A stretch of DNA of 64,000 nucleotides. It comes from a virus. The number at the start of each line of letters is the position of its first letter. Positions within the stretch are counted from its first letter, which is position 1. The DNA is taken from positions 96,001 through 160,000 of IMG/VR virus record IMGVR_UViG_3300032246_001180; one strand, 5' to 3'. The position numbers and the translations under genes were made by a program. Below the pieces are notes generated by a model, which saw only the letters and a program-made list of their open reading frames with translations, made no database searches and was not told the DNA's origin. This document shows positions 1 to 8,696 of the stretch, piece after piece.

Positions 1-16
1 TGGTGACCTGCATTGT

Positions 17-229
17 ATGATTGAACTATTGCTTGAATCCAATGTTGTTGACCGAAATGAGATGCTTGAAGCAGCTGCTAATAAACGTGAAAAACTATTT
101 GTGTGGTCTAACATTTTCAAAGAAGAAAAAGAACCAGATATTCGGGTTAGGTGTGCCACATATCCTGCCTGTATTATGAATTCTTTTGATAATCTTACTG
201 TTAGAAAATTAGAATCTGATGAATACTAA
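17..229 (+). CDS. hypothetical protein, probably the 3' part of a gene starting upstream of the window (MazG-like end possible)
   Basis: frame appears open from the window edge (GDLHCMIELL...KREKL..W). Confidence 0.45.
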   Translation: MIELLLESNVVDRNEMLEAAANKREKLFVWSNIFKEEKEPDIRVRCATYPACIMNSFDNLTVRKLESDEY

Positions 230-347
230 TGGATATAAATGAATTACTCAGGAGATTACATTCGATCCGGTGTTATACATTTCATGGTAGCACCGCAAAA
301 CGAATGTTGACTGAATTGATTGTGCAATTAAGTAATGGCCAAAAACA

Positions 348-938
348 ATGATTAATCATTATTTTCCCACAGCAGTATTTTCTGAAATGAATATACCTTT
401 GGCTGAGGCTATGTTACCGGTTGCACGAAAATATCTGGATAATAAAGATTATGTTAGTAACAAATGGGGTTACAAGAACACTTTTGATAACTCTTGGAAA
501 TTGGCTGAACAACCTGATATCAAACCATACAATGATTATGTAACGGAAAAAGGTAAACAATTTTTAGATGAGATAGGTTATAATTCAAATGCTTTTGTTG
601 AATGGCATAACATGGTTTTTGTAAGTGAGATATTTAAAAACAATAATCATGAAAGACATTCACATCCTGATTGCACAATATCTGGACTTTTGTACTTACA
701 AGTTCCAGAAAATTCTGCACCGCTTATCTTTTTAGATCCTAGGCCGCACAGAGATTTTGTAGCTATGCCTAAATCATTACACAATACGGCCGCAAACAGA
801 GAGAAAATAGTTATTATTCCACGAAAAGGATTATTCTTAGCATGGGAAGCTTGGTTGCCTCATGCCATACCAAAATCAAATAATGAAGGTGAAGGAAGAA
901 TTACTATGGTTTTTAATTTAAAAGGTATTCAAAAATGA
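348..938 (+). CDS. putative 2OG-Fe(II) oxygenase (TIGR02466-like)
   Basis: HxH, ISGLLYL, F.DPRP, W.aWL.H and RITMVFN motifs. Confidence 0.85.
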   Translation: MINHYFPTAVFSEMNIPLAEAMLPVARKYLDNKDYVSNKWGYKNTFDNSWKLAEQPDIKPYNDYVTEKGKQFLDEIGYNSNAFVEWHNMVFVSEIFKNNNHERHSHPDCTISGLLYLQVPENSAPLIFLDPRPHRDFVAMPKSLHNTAANREKIVIIPRKGLFLAWEAWLPHAIPKSNNEGEGRITMVFNLKGIQK

Positions 939-1516
939 ATGAACATATTAATAAAATAAATGAGATGTTATCTAAGACTGGTAAACGCAGACCATCTTTT
1001 GAAATGATGGTTAGTCATGTTATGGCCATTGCCACGATTGACCGGCCATTAATTGTTGAAACTGGTTGTGCTCGCCAAGAGAATAACTATGAGGGTGATG
1101 GAATGTCTACACTCATCTTCAATGAAGTATCCAAAATCAAAGGTGAATTCTGGTCTGTAGATATCAATCCAGATAATATCGAATTTGCCAAAAAGAATTG
1201 TGATAATGCTAATCTAGTTTGTTCCGATTCTATTGCATTTTTATATCAGAAGAATAAAGAATGGTTACAGACAGGTCGTAAGATTGATTTGTTGTACTTA
1301 GATTCTTATGACTTTGACATGAGTAATCCGCATCCGTCTTCCTTACACCACATCCTAGAATTGACTGCAATCATGCCATCACTTAGAAAAGGCACGATGA
1401 TTTGTGTTGATGATAATTTTGGCGACATTGGTAAAGGTGGATATGTTAACCAGTTTATGCTTGCTTTAGGGAAAGAAAAAGTGTATAATGGTTATCAATG
1501 GATATGGATTCTATGA
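935..1516 (+). CDS. class I SAM-dependent methyltransferase-like protein
   Basis: IVETG, SVDI, CSDSI, IDLLYLDS, VDD motifs. Confidence 0.7.
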   Translation: MNEHINKINEMLSKTGKRRPSFEMMVSHVMAIATIDRPLIVETGCARQENNYEGDGMSTLIFNEVSKIKGEFWSVDINPDNIEFAKKNCDNANLVCSDSIAFLYQKNKEWLQTGRKIDLLYLDSYDFDMSNPHPSSLHHILELTAIMPSLRKGTMICVDDNFGDIGKGGYVNQFMLALGKEKVYNGYQWIWIL

Positions 1517-1692
1517 TAAAAGATTTAAAACTAATCGCTGACGAAGTAAATGGTATGTACTACTATGTACATGAGTTAGACCATTCTGTCCGTTTGTCGC
1601 CTAGTTTTGATTATCTTGAAGATGCAGAACAATGGAAGAATCGTACAACAGAAATATTTGACAACTTGGTAAAGGATGATAATAATGAGTAA
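1513..1692 (+). CDS. hypothetical protein
   Basis: ATGA overlap with upstream gene. Confidence 0.55.
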   Translation: MIKDLKLIADEVNGMYYYVHELDHSVRLSPSFDYLEDAEQWKNRTTEIFDNLVKDDNNE

Positions 1693-1879
1693 ACAACCTT
1701 GGCGTGAAAACGATTATGAACGAATCATCGAAGTCTTGGAAAGAGAACGGGAAATTCTCCTTAACGATTTCTACAAACCGCAAACCGAAGGCACCGGCCA
1801 TTTTAACACGGCCGCATCGGTACTAGAGATGCGTATCAACTCATACAAAGCGAAACTTGCGGTAGACTCCCTCAGATAA
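1685..1879 (+). CDS. hypothetical protein
   Basis: tightly packed ORF. Confidence 0.6.
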   Translation: MSKQPWRENDYERIIEVLEREREILLNDFYKPQTEGTGHFNTAASVLEMRINSYKAKLAVDSLR

Positions 1880-1926
1880 GCTAAGATTTTTTCAACGATT
1901 TCCGGCGCTTCCAAGGAGTTTCAGAT

Positions 1927-2274
1927 ATGCTCGATTCAGATACAGTATTTCCAATTTGGCCAGAGCAAACAAGAGCCAATCAAAATCCCAACCAATTAGA
2001 ATTTAAGTTTTTCTGGCCACTTACAGAGCAGATTCCGTTAGACTTAGATTTTACTGGTTGCGAAAAAGAAAAGGTTTACACTTATGGTACAGTTATTGGT
2101 GTTGGTAATGGTACCAGTTATACAATCGCTAACAACACTTGGACAACGACAAGTATTACGGCAGCCAATCTAACGCTTGACGTAGATACAACGACAATTA
2201 AAACATCAGGTAAACCACCCCTGATTCGCAGGTGGTTATATAAACTTTTAGGTTTAAAATGGGAGAGTAAGTAA
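1927..2274 (+). CDS. hypothetical protein
   Basis: AAGGAG SD upstream. Confidence 0.65.
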   Translation: MLDSDTVFPIWPEQTRANQNPNQLEFKFFWPLTEQIPLDLDFTGCEKEKVYTYGTVIGVGNGTSYTIANNTWTTTSITAANLTLDVDTTTIKTSGKPPLIRRWLYKLLGLKWESK

Positions 2275-2507
2275 TGGATATGGAAAGTGCAGCTTATTTT
2301 GTTTCAGGTAGTATTCTAGTAATGCTGGGTTTTGTAATAATCGCAATGGGTATTGTAGCAATCAACAATATCTTTGCAGCGTACTGGCAACCGGTGAGGT
2401 TATTCACACCAGACAGTTGGACAGGTTTCAATCCACCATACAAGGAAGAAATCAATAAGACTGATCCGCCTATGTTTGAAAAAGAAGAAGTAAAGAGAAC
2501 TAAATGA
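2274..2507 (+). CDS. hypothetical membrane protein
   Basis: one hydrophobic segment; TAATG coupling. Confidence 0.65.
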   Translation: MDMESAAYFVSGSILVMLGFVIIAMGIVAINNIFAAYWQPVRLFTPDSWTGFNPPYKEEINKTDPPMFEKEEVKRTK

Positions 2508-3145
2508 AAATACTTGATAACCAACTAGAACACAGTAGACTAATCAACAATCCGATATATCGTCTGACGGGTTGTATGGACACGACAAGGTTCTTCTCTA
2601 ACCTCGCCTCTGCCTGTGTGAAGTTCGGTTATCATGTGGAAGATAGAATCTTTGAACATATCGAAAACGTCAATCTACCTAAGTTAGACTTCATTGGCCA
2701 GTCCACTTTGTTTGGCAATGTAGAGAGATATATTCTAATCAAACCTAAGTTCGGTTCAGAAGTACCAGATGTGGTATTAGTAAATGATAATATAATTAAT
2801 GTATACGAAATCAAAGTAAATTTGAGAAGTTCTGACTCCAAGAAGGCTCATGGAGAAAGAGTGAAATATGAAAGATTGAAAGAATATCTACTGAAAAATT
2901 ATCCATCACATATCACCAATGTCTTTGCAGTAGACTTTCTAGGTGGCGGTGGTGGTGCAACTTCTCTGTATGAAAAGGCAGATGTATTCCAAGTAGTAGA
3001 CGGAGAATCTTTCTGTAGAACTATGGGTATCGATTACCAAAGTGTAATAGATGACCTAGAGAAAGACAGAGAGTATAACCAAGAGTTTATAAAAGATTAT
3101 ATGATATCTCTGTGGGAAAAACCAGCATTGGGATATAATGAGTAG
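2504..3145 (+). CDS. PD-(D/E)xK restriction-endonuclease-like protein
   Basis: PDVVLVNDNIINVYEIK fits the PD...ExK catalytic motif. Confidence 0.6.
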   Translation: MKILDNQLEHSRLINNPIYRLTGCMDTTRFFSNLASACVKFGYHVEDRIFEHIENVNLPKLDFIGQSTLFGNVERYILIKPKFGSEVPDVVLVNDNIINVYEIKVNLRSSDSKKAHGERVKYERLKEYLLKNYPSHITNVFAVDFLGGGGGATSLYEKADVFQVVDGESFCRTMGIDYQSVIDDLEKDREYNQEFIKDYMISLWEKPALGYNE

Positions 3146-3354
3146 AACCCTGTTAGGGGCTCCAGAAAAAAATTCCTAGGAAAAAAATTTCGTAGGACAC
3201 AGGTTTCCTCCAGAAAATAAAAGTTTGACTTAACGAGTTTGACCTCCATAGTTTTTTTTTATTAATGACTGCTCCCCATAGTTTTTCACTATCGGCACAA
3301 AAGCGCAAAACAGCGCAATACTTGACCAATCCGGTCAACCAATATCCCCAATAA

Positions 3355-3367
3355 AATCAACAGCTTA
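3355..3367 (+). promoter_or_regulatory. IHF-binding consensus site
   Basis: AATCAACAGCTTA matches WATCAANNNNTTR. Confidence 0.5.
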
Positions 3368-3386
3368 CCGGCGCAAAATCTAACGC

Positions 3387-3414
3387 TTGCCATTCTGGCC
3401 GGATTCTGTATAAT
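3387..3414 (+). promoter_or_regulatory. early sigma70 promoter
   Basis: TTGCCA-N16-TATAAT. Confidence 0.8.
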
Positions 3415-3486
3415 TGAACCCATGCACAAAGCGAAAAGCGTACAAAATACAAAACCGACCAAACCGGTCAAGTATTATTCTAACGC

Positions 3487-3514
3487 TTGCCATTCTGGCC
3501 AATTTGTGTATAAT
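3487..3514 (+). promoter_or_regulatory. early sigma70 promoter
   Basis: TTGCCA-N16-TATAAT; GACC-N5-GGTCA ends 16 bp upstream. Confidence 0.85.
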
Positions 3515-3544
3515 GGCTATATTGTTTAATTGAAAAGGAAAATT

Positions 3545-3916
3545 ATGTTTACATTTGCTTGTGCCTCTATTGAAGGCTTGACCCTTAACCAAAAGCGTGA
3601 AACCATCGCTGCTTTGCGTGCTTCTATCAAAGCTGACCGTGCCGCTCGCTCTGCCGGTGCTGCTCAGCGCAAAGCTGACCGTGAAGCCGCTAAACTGGCG
3701 AAAGCAGCAACCGCTGTCGCTAAGCGTGAAGCCGCTATCGCTAAGGCTCAGGCTCGCTTGCAAAAGCTGCTCGACAAGCAGAGCGCTCCCGTAGGCACAA
3801 AAGCTCGCAAAGCTAACAAAAAACCTGGCGCTGTGAAAATCACAAAATTCCAGGAAGAAGCTCGGGTTGCTAATGATATCGCTATGGCGCTCGCTGCAAA
3901 GCGCAAAAGCGCTTAA
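3545..3916 (+). CDS. Ala/Lys/Arg-rich basic helical protein (first early gene)
   Basis: AAGGA SD before ATG 3545; strongly basic, low complexity. Confidence 0.8.
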   Translation: MFTFACASIEGLTLNQKRETIAALRASIKADRAARSAGAAQRKADREAAKLAKAATAVAKREAAIAKAQARLQKLLDKQSAPVGTKARKANKKPGAVKITKFQEEARVANDIAMALAAKRKSA

Positions 3917-3919
3917 TTG

Positions 3920-3986
3920 ATAATAGCTGACCGTTTTGGTCAGCTATTATATCAAAGCTTGCCTTTTTGGTTGGTTTTGATATAAT
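3920..3986 (+). promoter_or_regulatory. 13-bp inverted repeat containing TGACC-N5-GGTCA, then a sigma70 promoter
   Basis: ATAATAGCTGACC-GTTTT-GGTCAGCTATTAT; TTGCCT(3959)-N16-TATAAT. Confidence 0.75.
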
Positions 3987-4011
3987 GGCTGCTTAATGAA
4001 AAGGAAATTTT

Positions 4012-4134
4012 ATGCAGGTTTTGATTGGTGCTTTTTTGGTGGTAGTAGGTGCTTATGCTCATGCTGCCGTTATCCCTGCCGTGGAAATTACGGCTCACGC
4101 TGCTCGTCAGCTTTTGATACAGGTGCTCAGCTAA
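4012..4134 (+). CDS. small hydrophobic protein (not in ORF track)
   Basis: AAGGA SD; MQVLIGAFLVVVGAYAHA...; stop overlaps the next ATG. Confidence 0.6.
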   Translation: MQVLIGAFLVVVGAYAHAAVIPAVEITAHAARQLLIQVLS

Positions 4135-4232
4135 TGACTTTGGCTAAATTTGAAAAAATAATGTTTCCTATAGTTTACGCTATAGCTCTGGTTGTGATAA
4201 TTCTTGATATGATGGTCTGGAGGCCTTACTAA
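4134..4232 (+). CDS. small membrane protein
   Basis: MTLAKFEKIMFPIVYAIALVVIILDMMVWRPY; TAATG coupling at both ends. Confidence 0.6.
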   Translation: MTLAKFEKIMFPIVYAIALVVIILDMMVWRPY

Positions 4233-4981
4233 TGAAATTGCTATCTACAGGTAACCCCAAAACGCTCAAAGGTGTTGAGCAGGGTTTTAATACCTACATT
4301 CTACACCTCGCTCCTGCTGATGTTTCAGGTTTCGAGGTTTGCCCAAAACGCACCAAAGGTTGCACCGATGCTTGCTTGAATTTAGCTGGTCGAGGTGGAA
4401 TGTTTAAGCGTGGCGAGGTTACCAATGTAATTCAAGAAGCTCGCAAGCGCAAAACCGTGTTTTTCAAGGAAGAGCGTGCTGGTTTCATGGAGTGGTTGGT
4501 TGCTGATATTGAGTTAGCGATTAAACAATCCAAGCGCATGGGATTGACTCCCGTTTTTCGCTTGAATGGCACCAGCGATATATCATGGGAAAAATATTCT
4601 GTGGTTCGCAAAGGTCAGGCATTCTCCAACATTTTCGAAGCTTTCTCTGAGGTTACATTTTATGACTATACTAAAGTGCTTGGTCGCCGTATTGCTGGTA
4701 TTGCTAATTATTCACTTACTTTTTCCGCTGCTGATGGTAATGAGCATGATGTTTATAATGCTATTAGCCAAGGTTATAATGTTGCCGTTGTTTTTGGTAT
4801 AAAGAAAACCCAACCGATGCCAGAATCCTATATCGGTCGCCCCGTGTTTAATGGTGATGATAGCGATTTGCGATTCCTTGATCCCAAAGGTGTGGTTGTC
4901 GGGTTGTATGCGAAAGGTAAAGCCAAAAAAGATACAACCGGCTTTGTGAAATATCCAACCATTATGCTGAAAGCTGCATAA
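4232..4981 (+). CDS. GP88-family phage protein (radical-SAM-like Cys motif)
   Basis: CPKRTKGCTDACL, RLNGTSD, FYDYTK, GDDSDLRFLDP. Confidence 0.8.
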   Translation: MKLLSTGNPKTLKGVEQGFNTYILHLAPADVSGFEVCPKRTKGCTDACLNLAGRGGMFKRGEVTNVIQEARKRKTVFFKEERAGFMEWLVADIELAIKQSKRMGLTPVFRLNGTSDISWEKYSVVRKGQAFSNIFEAFSEVTFYDYTKVLGRRIAGIANYSLTFSAADGNEHDVYNAISQGYNVAVVFGIKKTQPMPESYIGRPVFNGDDSDLRFLDPKGVVVGLYAKGKAKKDTTGFVKYPTIMLKAA

Positions 4982-4992
4982 TCACCAAAAGG

Positions 4993-5055
4993 TGTTGCGT
5001 AAAAACAACACCATTCTAAAGGACGCTTGACATTTTGCTGAGTATCCTTTAGAAT
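4993..5055 (+). promoter_or_regulatory. TGTTG-N8-CAACA palindrome plus sigma70 promoter
   Basis: palindrome 4993-5010; TTGACA(5027)-N17-TAGAAT. Confidence 0.85.
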
Positions 5056-5081
5056 GGTAGTTTAAATTGTGAAAGGTAATT

Positions 5082-5312
5082 ATGACTGATTTTGAAAAAC
5101 GCTGTTATGGTATGACTGAGCAGGAAATTCGTGAAGAATATATGCAAAGTCTTACTGCTCGCCTGTCTGGTCAGGAAATGGTTGTGATGGGTATTCTGTC
5201 TGATTGTCAACACCTGATGGAAATGGGTGATAATCGTGAGATGATCCGTAAAAACCTGAATGTCGCCAAGTTCATTCTTGCCGAAATGATGGAAAATCGT
5301 GAGGTTGCTTAA
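5082..5312 (+). CDS. hypothetical protein
   Basis: GAAAGG SD right after a promoter. Confidence 0.75.
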   Translation: MTDFEKRCYGMTEQEIREEYMQSLTARLSGQEMVVMGILSDCQHLMEMGDNREMIRKNLNVAKFILAEMMENREVA

Positions 5313-5313
5313 T

Positions 5314-5595
5314 ATGAATAAGAATTGGTTTATTGAGAGGTTGCAGCTAACTACTGATGGTGATAAATTCATCCAGTATGCTACACCTTTTCATAGAAGT
5401 ATTTTTTATAGAATACCAATCGCTGAGTTAGATAACTTTCGCAATTGGTTAGGTAAAGGTAATCGTGGTCTAGTTAAGATACGATATAGAGGTCCTCGTT
5501 TCAATACGCCTTCTGCTAATCGTAGAGGTTATTTGAGTAAACAATCGACCTGCTTAAAGGAAGATGCAACACATTTTTCTGTGTATACGCTGTGA
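5314..5595 (+). CDS. hypothetical basic protein
   Basis: GAGG SD, ATG 5314. Confidence 0.6.
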   Translation: MNKNWFIERLQLTTDGDKFIQYATPFHRSIFYRIPIAELDNFRNWLGKGNRGLVKIRYRGPRFNTPSANRRGYLSKQSTCLKEDATHFSVYTL

Positions 5596-5746
5596 GGTTT
5601 AGGTGAGCTGAGATGCTCACCGCTTTTTTCAAAGACGCTTAGATATGCTCTAGGATGCTTTGGAAAAGGTAGGAAAGAATCGGAGAATCGCATCCACAAA
5701 CTAAGAGCCGTTTCGGTATCATAGGTTGCGATAGGTTCTGCGACAC
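5581..5746 (+). ncRNA. candidate structured ncRNA (multibranched), family unknown
   Basis: nested stems GGTGAGC/GCTCACC, 12-bp 5623-34/5658-69, GGTTT/AAACT and AGAGCC/GGTTCT in a ~195-nt intergenic gap. Confidence 0.45.
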
Positions 5747-5789
5747 TTTTCTGCACTTTTTGACACTTTTTAACACTTGAAAGGTTTTT

Positions 5790-6014
5790 ATGGTTTGTTC
5801 TGAGTTTTCTTTATCGCCAGATAATCGTGAGGTAGCGATTACTATTCTGGTGGATAACGATTATGATTCTATTATCAATGGTGATGCACTAGAGCTATTG
5901 AATTCTTATCTGGAATTCGGTCATCGTGGTTATCGTGATTATACGGATATTGAGTTGGTTCGTGAATTGCAAGAGCGTGAATTGTTTGATTGTTTAACTA
6001 TGGAGAATGTATAA
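5790..6014 (+). CDS. hypothetical protein
   Basis: GAAAGG SD. Confidence 0.7.
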   Translation: MVCSEFSLSPDNREVAITILVDNDYDSIINGDALELLNSYLEFGHRGYRDYTDIELVRELQERELFDCLTMENV

Positions 6015-6595
6015 TGCCTAACTGGTGTAATAATGTGGTTGAGATATCCCACGAAGATCCTGCTATGATGCAACGGGTTAAAACATCATTTAATGATGGT
6101 CGGTTGCTTGATGAATTTATTCCTGTACCTAAAGACTTGCATATTACAGCAGGCAGGGTAGGTGATAAAGATTCACCTGAGCAAATTGAGTTAGAATCAC
6201 AAGAAAAAACCAATTTAGAAAAGTATGGTTATTCTACTTGGTATGATTATTGTGTGAATGAGTGGGGCACAAAATGGGATGTATCGCCATATGAACCTAT
6301 TACTGCCGATATTGAAAATAATCAAATGACCTTGTCTTTTGATACGGCATGGGCACCACCTGTTGCTGCATATGAAAAACTGGAAGAATTAGGTTTCACG
6401 ATAAAAGCATATTACTACGAATGTGGTATGGGTTTTGCGGGTATGTATTTCTCTGGTTATGATGATTATTATGAATTCGATTCTTTGAGTTCTGATGATG
6501 TTGAGAATATGTTGCCTGAAGATTTAAATGAAATGTTTAATATCTCTGAAAGTATGGCAGAGTGGGAAGCGGAAAACGAGGAAGAAAATGAGTAA
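6014..6595 (+). CDS. DUF1281/YubB-like ferredoxin-fold protein
   Basis: MPNWCNN start; WYDYCVNEWGTKWD; FDTAWAPP. Confidence 0.8.
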   Translation: MPNWCNNVVEISHEDPAMMQRVKTSFNDGRLLDEFIPVPKDLHITAGRVGDKDSPEQIELESQEKTNLEKYGYSTWYDYCVNEWGTKWDVSPYEPITADIENNQMTLSFDTAWAPPVAAYEKLEELGFTIKAYYYECGMGFAGMYFSGYDDYYEFDSLSSDDVENMLPEDLNEMFNISESMAEWEAENEEENE

Positions 6596-6781
6596 ATGGG
6601 ATTTTGTGATTAAAGAGTTGAAAGCACTCCAACAAGAAACGCCAGATACACCAGCAATCGTTGAAGCGTATGTTGAATGGGTTCTACTCAAAGGTTATAC
6701 GATTAAAAAAGGTCAATAATCAAATTATAACCGATTAGCGATAGTCGGTTATTGTGTGATTATTATAATGAAAGGTATATT

Positions 6782-7102
6782 ATGTGTTTGAAATTTGAAA
6801 CTTTGGAATCTGGTGATGTTGGCATGATTGCTAACGGTACTCACTTAGAAGGTTATGTTAATGCCTACTATCACCAGTTGGTCGAGGCGTTTGGCGAACC
6901 AACCTATTCTTCTGGTGGTGATAAAACCACGGTTGAATGGATTATTGAATTTGAAGATGGCGAGGTTGCTACCATTTATGATTATAAGTGTTATGAAACC
7001 CCGCTCGGTCAGTATCGTTGGCACATTGGTGGTTTTAATAATTCCGTGGTGGAAAGAGTCCAATTTGTTGTTTTTAAGCAACAAACAGCAGAAATTGCTT
7101 GA
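6782..7102 (+). CDS. conserved phage hypothetical protein
   Basis: GAAAGG SD; LVEAFGEP...KTTVEW...ATIYDYK. Confidence 0.7.
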   Translation: MCLKFETLESGDVGMIANGTHLEGYVNAYYHQLVEAFGEPTYSSGGDKTTVEWIIEFEDGEVATIYDYKCYETPLGQYRWHIGGFNNSVVERVQFVVFKQQTAEIA

Positions 7103-7126
7103 CTTCTCCATCCATACCTGTATAAT
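7066..7126 (+). promoter_or_regulatory. TGTTG-N8-CAACA palindrome plus sigma70 promoter
   Basis: palindrome 7066-7083; TTGACT(7099)-N16-TATAAT. Confidence 0.85.
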
Positions 7127-7152
7127 TGTTGTTTTAATAGTGAGGAAATCGA

Positions 7153-8052
7153 ATGTCTAATCTAAATCCCCATATCAAAGTTGTTGGTGGTAAGTATACG
7201 GCCGTTATCAACGGCAAGGTTGTCAAGCGCACCAAACTGGAACATATGGAGTATGTTTTGCGTAAAGCAGGCGTTATGACTGGCACCGCTAAGGCGCCCG
7301 TTCAAGTGAAAGAATCAAAATTCACTATCAACCAACGCTTCGGTTTTCTGTCAGATATGGTTACAATGCTCGCCAAAGGCGACCAACCATCTGTCGTTGT
7401 TACAGGACCTGGCGGTCTTGGCAAGTCCCACACCGTTGTAGCATCACTCACCAAGTCTGGCTTGCGTGATATGTCCGTCCTTGACGAATTCGATGTTGGT
7501 GCAGGCGTACCAAAAAATGCGTTTATCGTTATCAAAGGCTATTCTACGCCTAAAGGTCTGTACCGCACGCTGTATGAGAATCGTAACGCTACCATCGTTT
7601 TCGATGATTGTGATTCCGTCCTTAAAGATGCAGTTAGTCTTAACTTACTTAAAGGCGCTCTTGATTCATACTCCAAGCGTATCATCAGCTGGCGTGCAGA
7701 TATCAAAGACGAAGATTTGCCTACATCCTTTGAGTTCAAAGGTCGTGTAGTGTTTATCTCTAACATGGACTCTACCAGTCTTGACCAAGCGATTATCACT
7801 CGCTCGCTGGCCGTTGACCTGTCCATGACACCAGAGCAGAAAATCGAGCGTATGAAGTTTCTGTTGACTGAGCCAGAATTCATGCCTGACTTTGATATGC
7901 AACACAAGCGTGATGCGCTAGAGTTGATTTCTGACTTGGTTGCTGATGTAAAAGAATTGTCTTTGCGTACCTTGATTCAAGTTACCAAGATTCGTAAGTC
8001 CAACCCTAATGGTGCTTGGAAGAATTTGGCAGAATATGCCATCTGTGGTTAA
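7153..8052 (+). CDS. AAA+ family ATPase
   Basis: Walker A GPGGLGKS, Walker B IVFDDCD, sensor FISN. Confidence 0.85.
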   Translation: MSNLNPHIKVVGGKYTAVINGKVVKRTKLEHMEYVLRKAGVMTGTAKAPVQVKESKFTINQRFGFLSDMVTMLAKGDQPSVVVTGPGGLGKSHTVVASLTKSGLRDMSVLDEFDVGAGVPKNAFIVIKGYSTPKGLYRTLYENRNATIVFDDCDSVLKDAVSLNLLKGALDSYSKRIISWRADIKDEDLPTSFEFKGRVVFISNMDSTSLDQAIITRSLAVDLSMTPEQKIERMKFLLTEPEFMPDFDMQHKRDALELISDLVADVKELSLRTLIQVTKIRKSNPNGAWKNLAEYAICG

Positions 8053-8061
8053 TAGGAGATT

Positions 8062-8286
8062 ATGTTGAATAGAACCATTCGTGAACTGTTCAACCGTGCA
8101 GGCGGTTGGACGGAAGTGTGTGATGTAACACAAGATGAGGTATTGGATTTTAATGAGCATTTGGATCCTGAGAAATTTGCTCATTTAATCCTTGAAAAGG
8201 TGATGGATATCTGTGAAAAACTTGGCGACAAGGGACAGGACGGCCATTATTGTGTAGATGCAATTCGTAAACAATTTGGAGTTTAA
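8062..8286 (+). CDS. hypothetical protein (paralog of 10949 and 11155)
   Basis: AGGAG SD; EKFAHLI...IRKQFGV. Confidence 0.7.
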   Translation: MLNRTIRELFNRAGGWTEVCDVTQDEVLDFNEHLDPEKFAHLILEKVMDICEKLGDKGQDGHYCVDAIRKQFGV

Positions 8287-8288
8287 TT

Positions 8289-8696
8289 ATGGGAACTAGA
8301 TGTTTGACTTTTGTGTATGAGATGCGGAACAACAAAAAAGTTCCGTTGGTGAACCTGTACCGCCAGTATGACGGCTATCCGTCTGGTCATGGTGCTGACT
8401 TGGTAGATTTTCTGTCTACTCAAGGTCACAATGGTATGTCATGTTTGGCAGCATCACTGGTGGCGCATTTCAAAGAATCGGTTGGTGGGTTCTACATTCA
8501 CCCCGTTACCGATACTGACTGTGGCCAAGACTATGAATACCACATTTTCGAAGCACCTAATCGTTCCTTCTATGTTGAGGTTGTCGACCGTGGTATCAAT
8601 ATGTTCGGTCTGACTATGAGCGAGCGTAATGAAATTGTGTTCAAAGGCAATCTGGAAGAATTTACCAAGTTTTGTAAAGAAAAGGAACTAGCGTGA
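8289..8696 (+). CDS. conserved phage hypothetical protein
   Basis: MGTR...YRQYDGYP motif. Confidence 0.75.
   Translation: MGTRCLTFVYEMRNNKKVPLVNLYRQYDGYPSGHGADLVDFLSTQGHNGMSCLAASLVAHFKESVGGFYIHPVTDTDCGQDYEYHIFEAPNRSFYVEVVDRGINMFGLTMSERNEIVFKGNLEEFTKFCKEKELA

Larger units (their letters stand above)
3146..3520. repeat. repeat-rich non-coding junction with tandem promoter duplication
   Basis: CTCCAGAAAA x2, AGTTTGAC x2, CCATAGTTTTT x2; TAACGCTTGCCATTCTGGCC at 3381 and 3481 (100 bp apart). Confidence 0.8.

Noticed and set aside
3153-3763. minus-strand ORFs over the junction and first early gene
   Set aside because: They lie antisense to promoters and to a gene with a good SD, and show no motifs.
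3996-4232. 78-aa ORF from the track
   Set aside because: Its ATG overlaps the SD; better explained by two coupled ORFs, 4012-4134 and 4134-4232.
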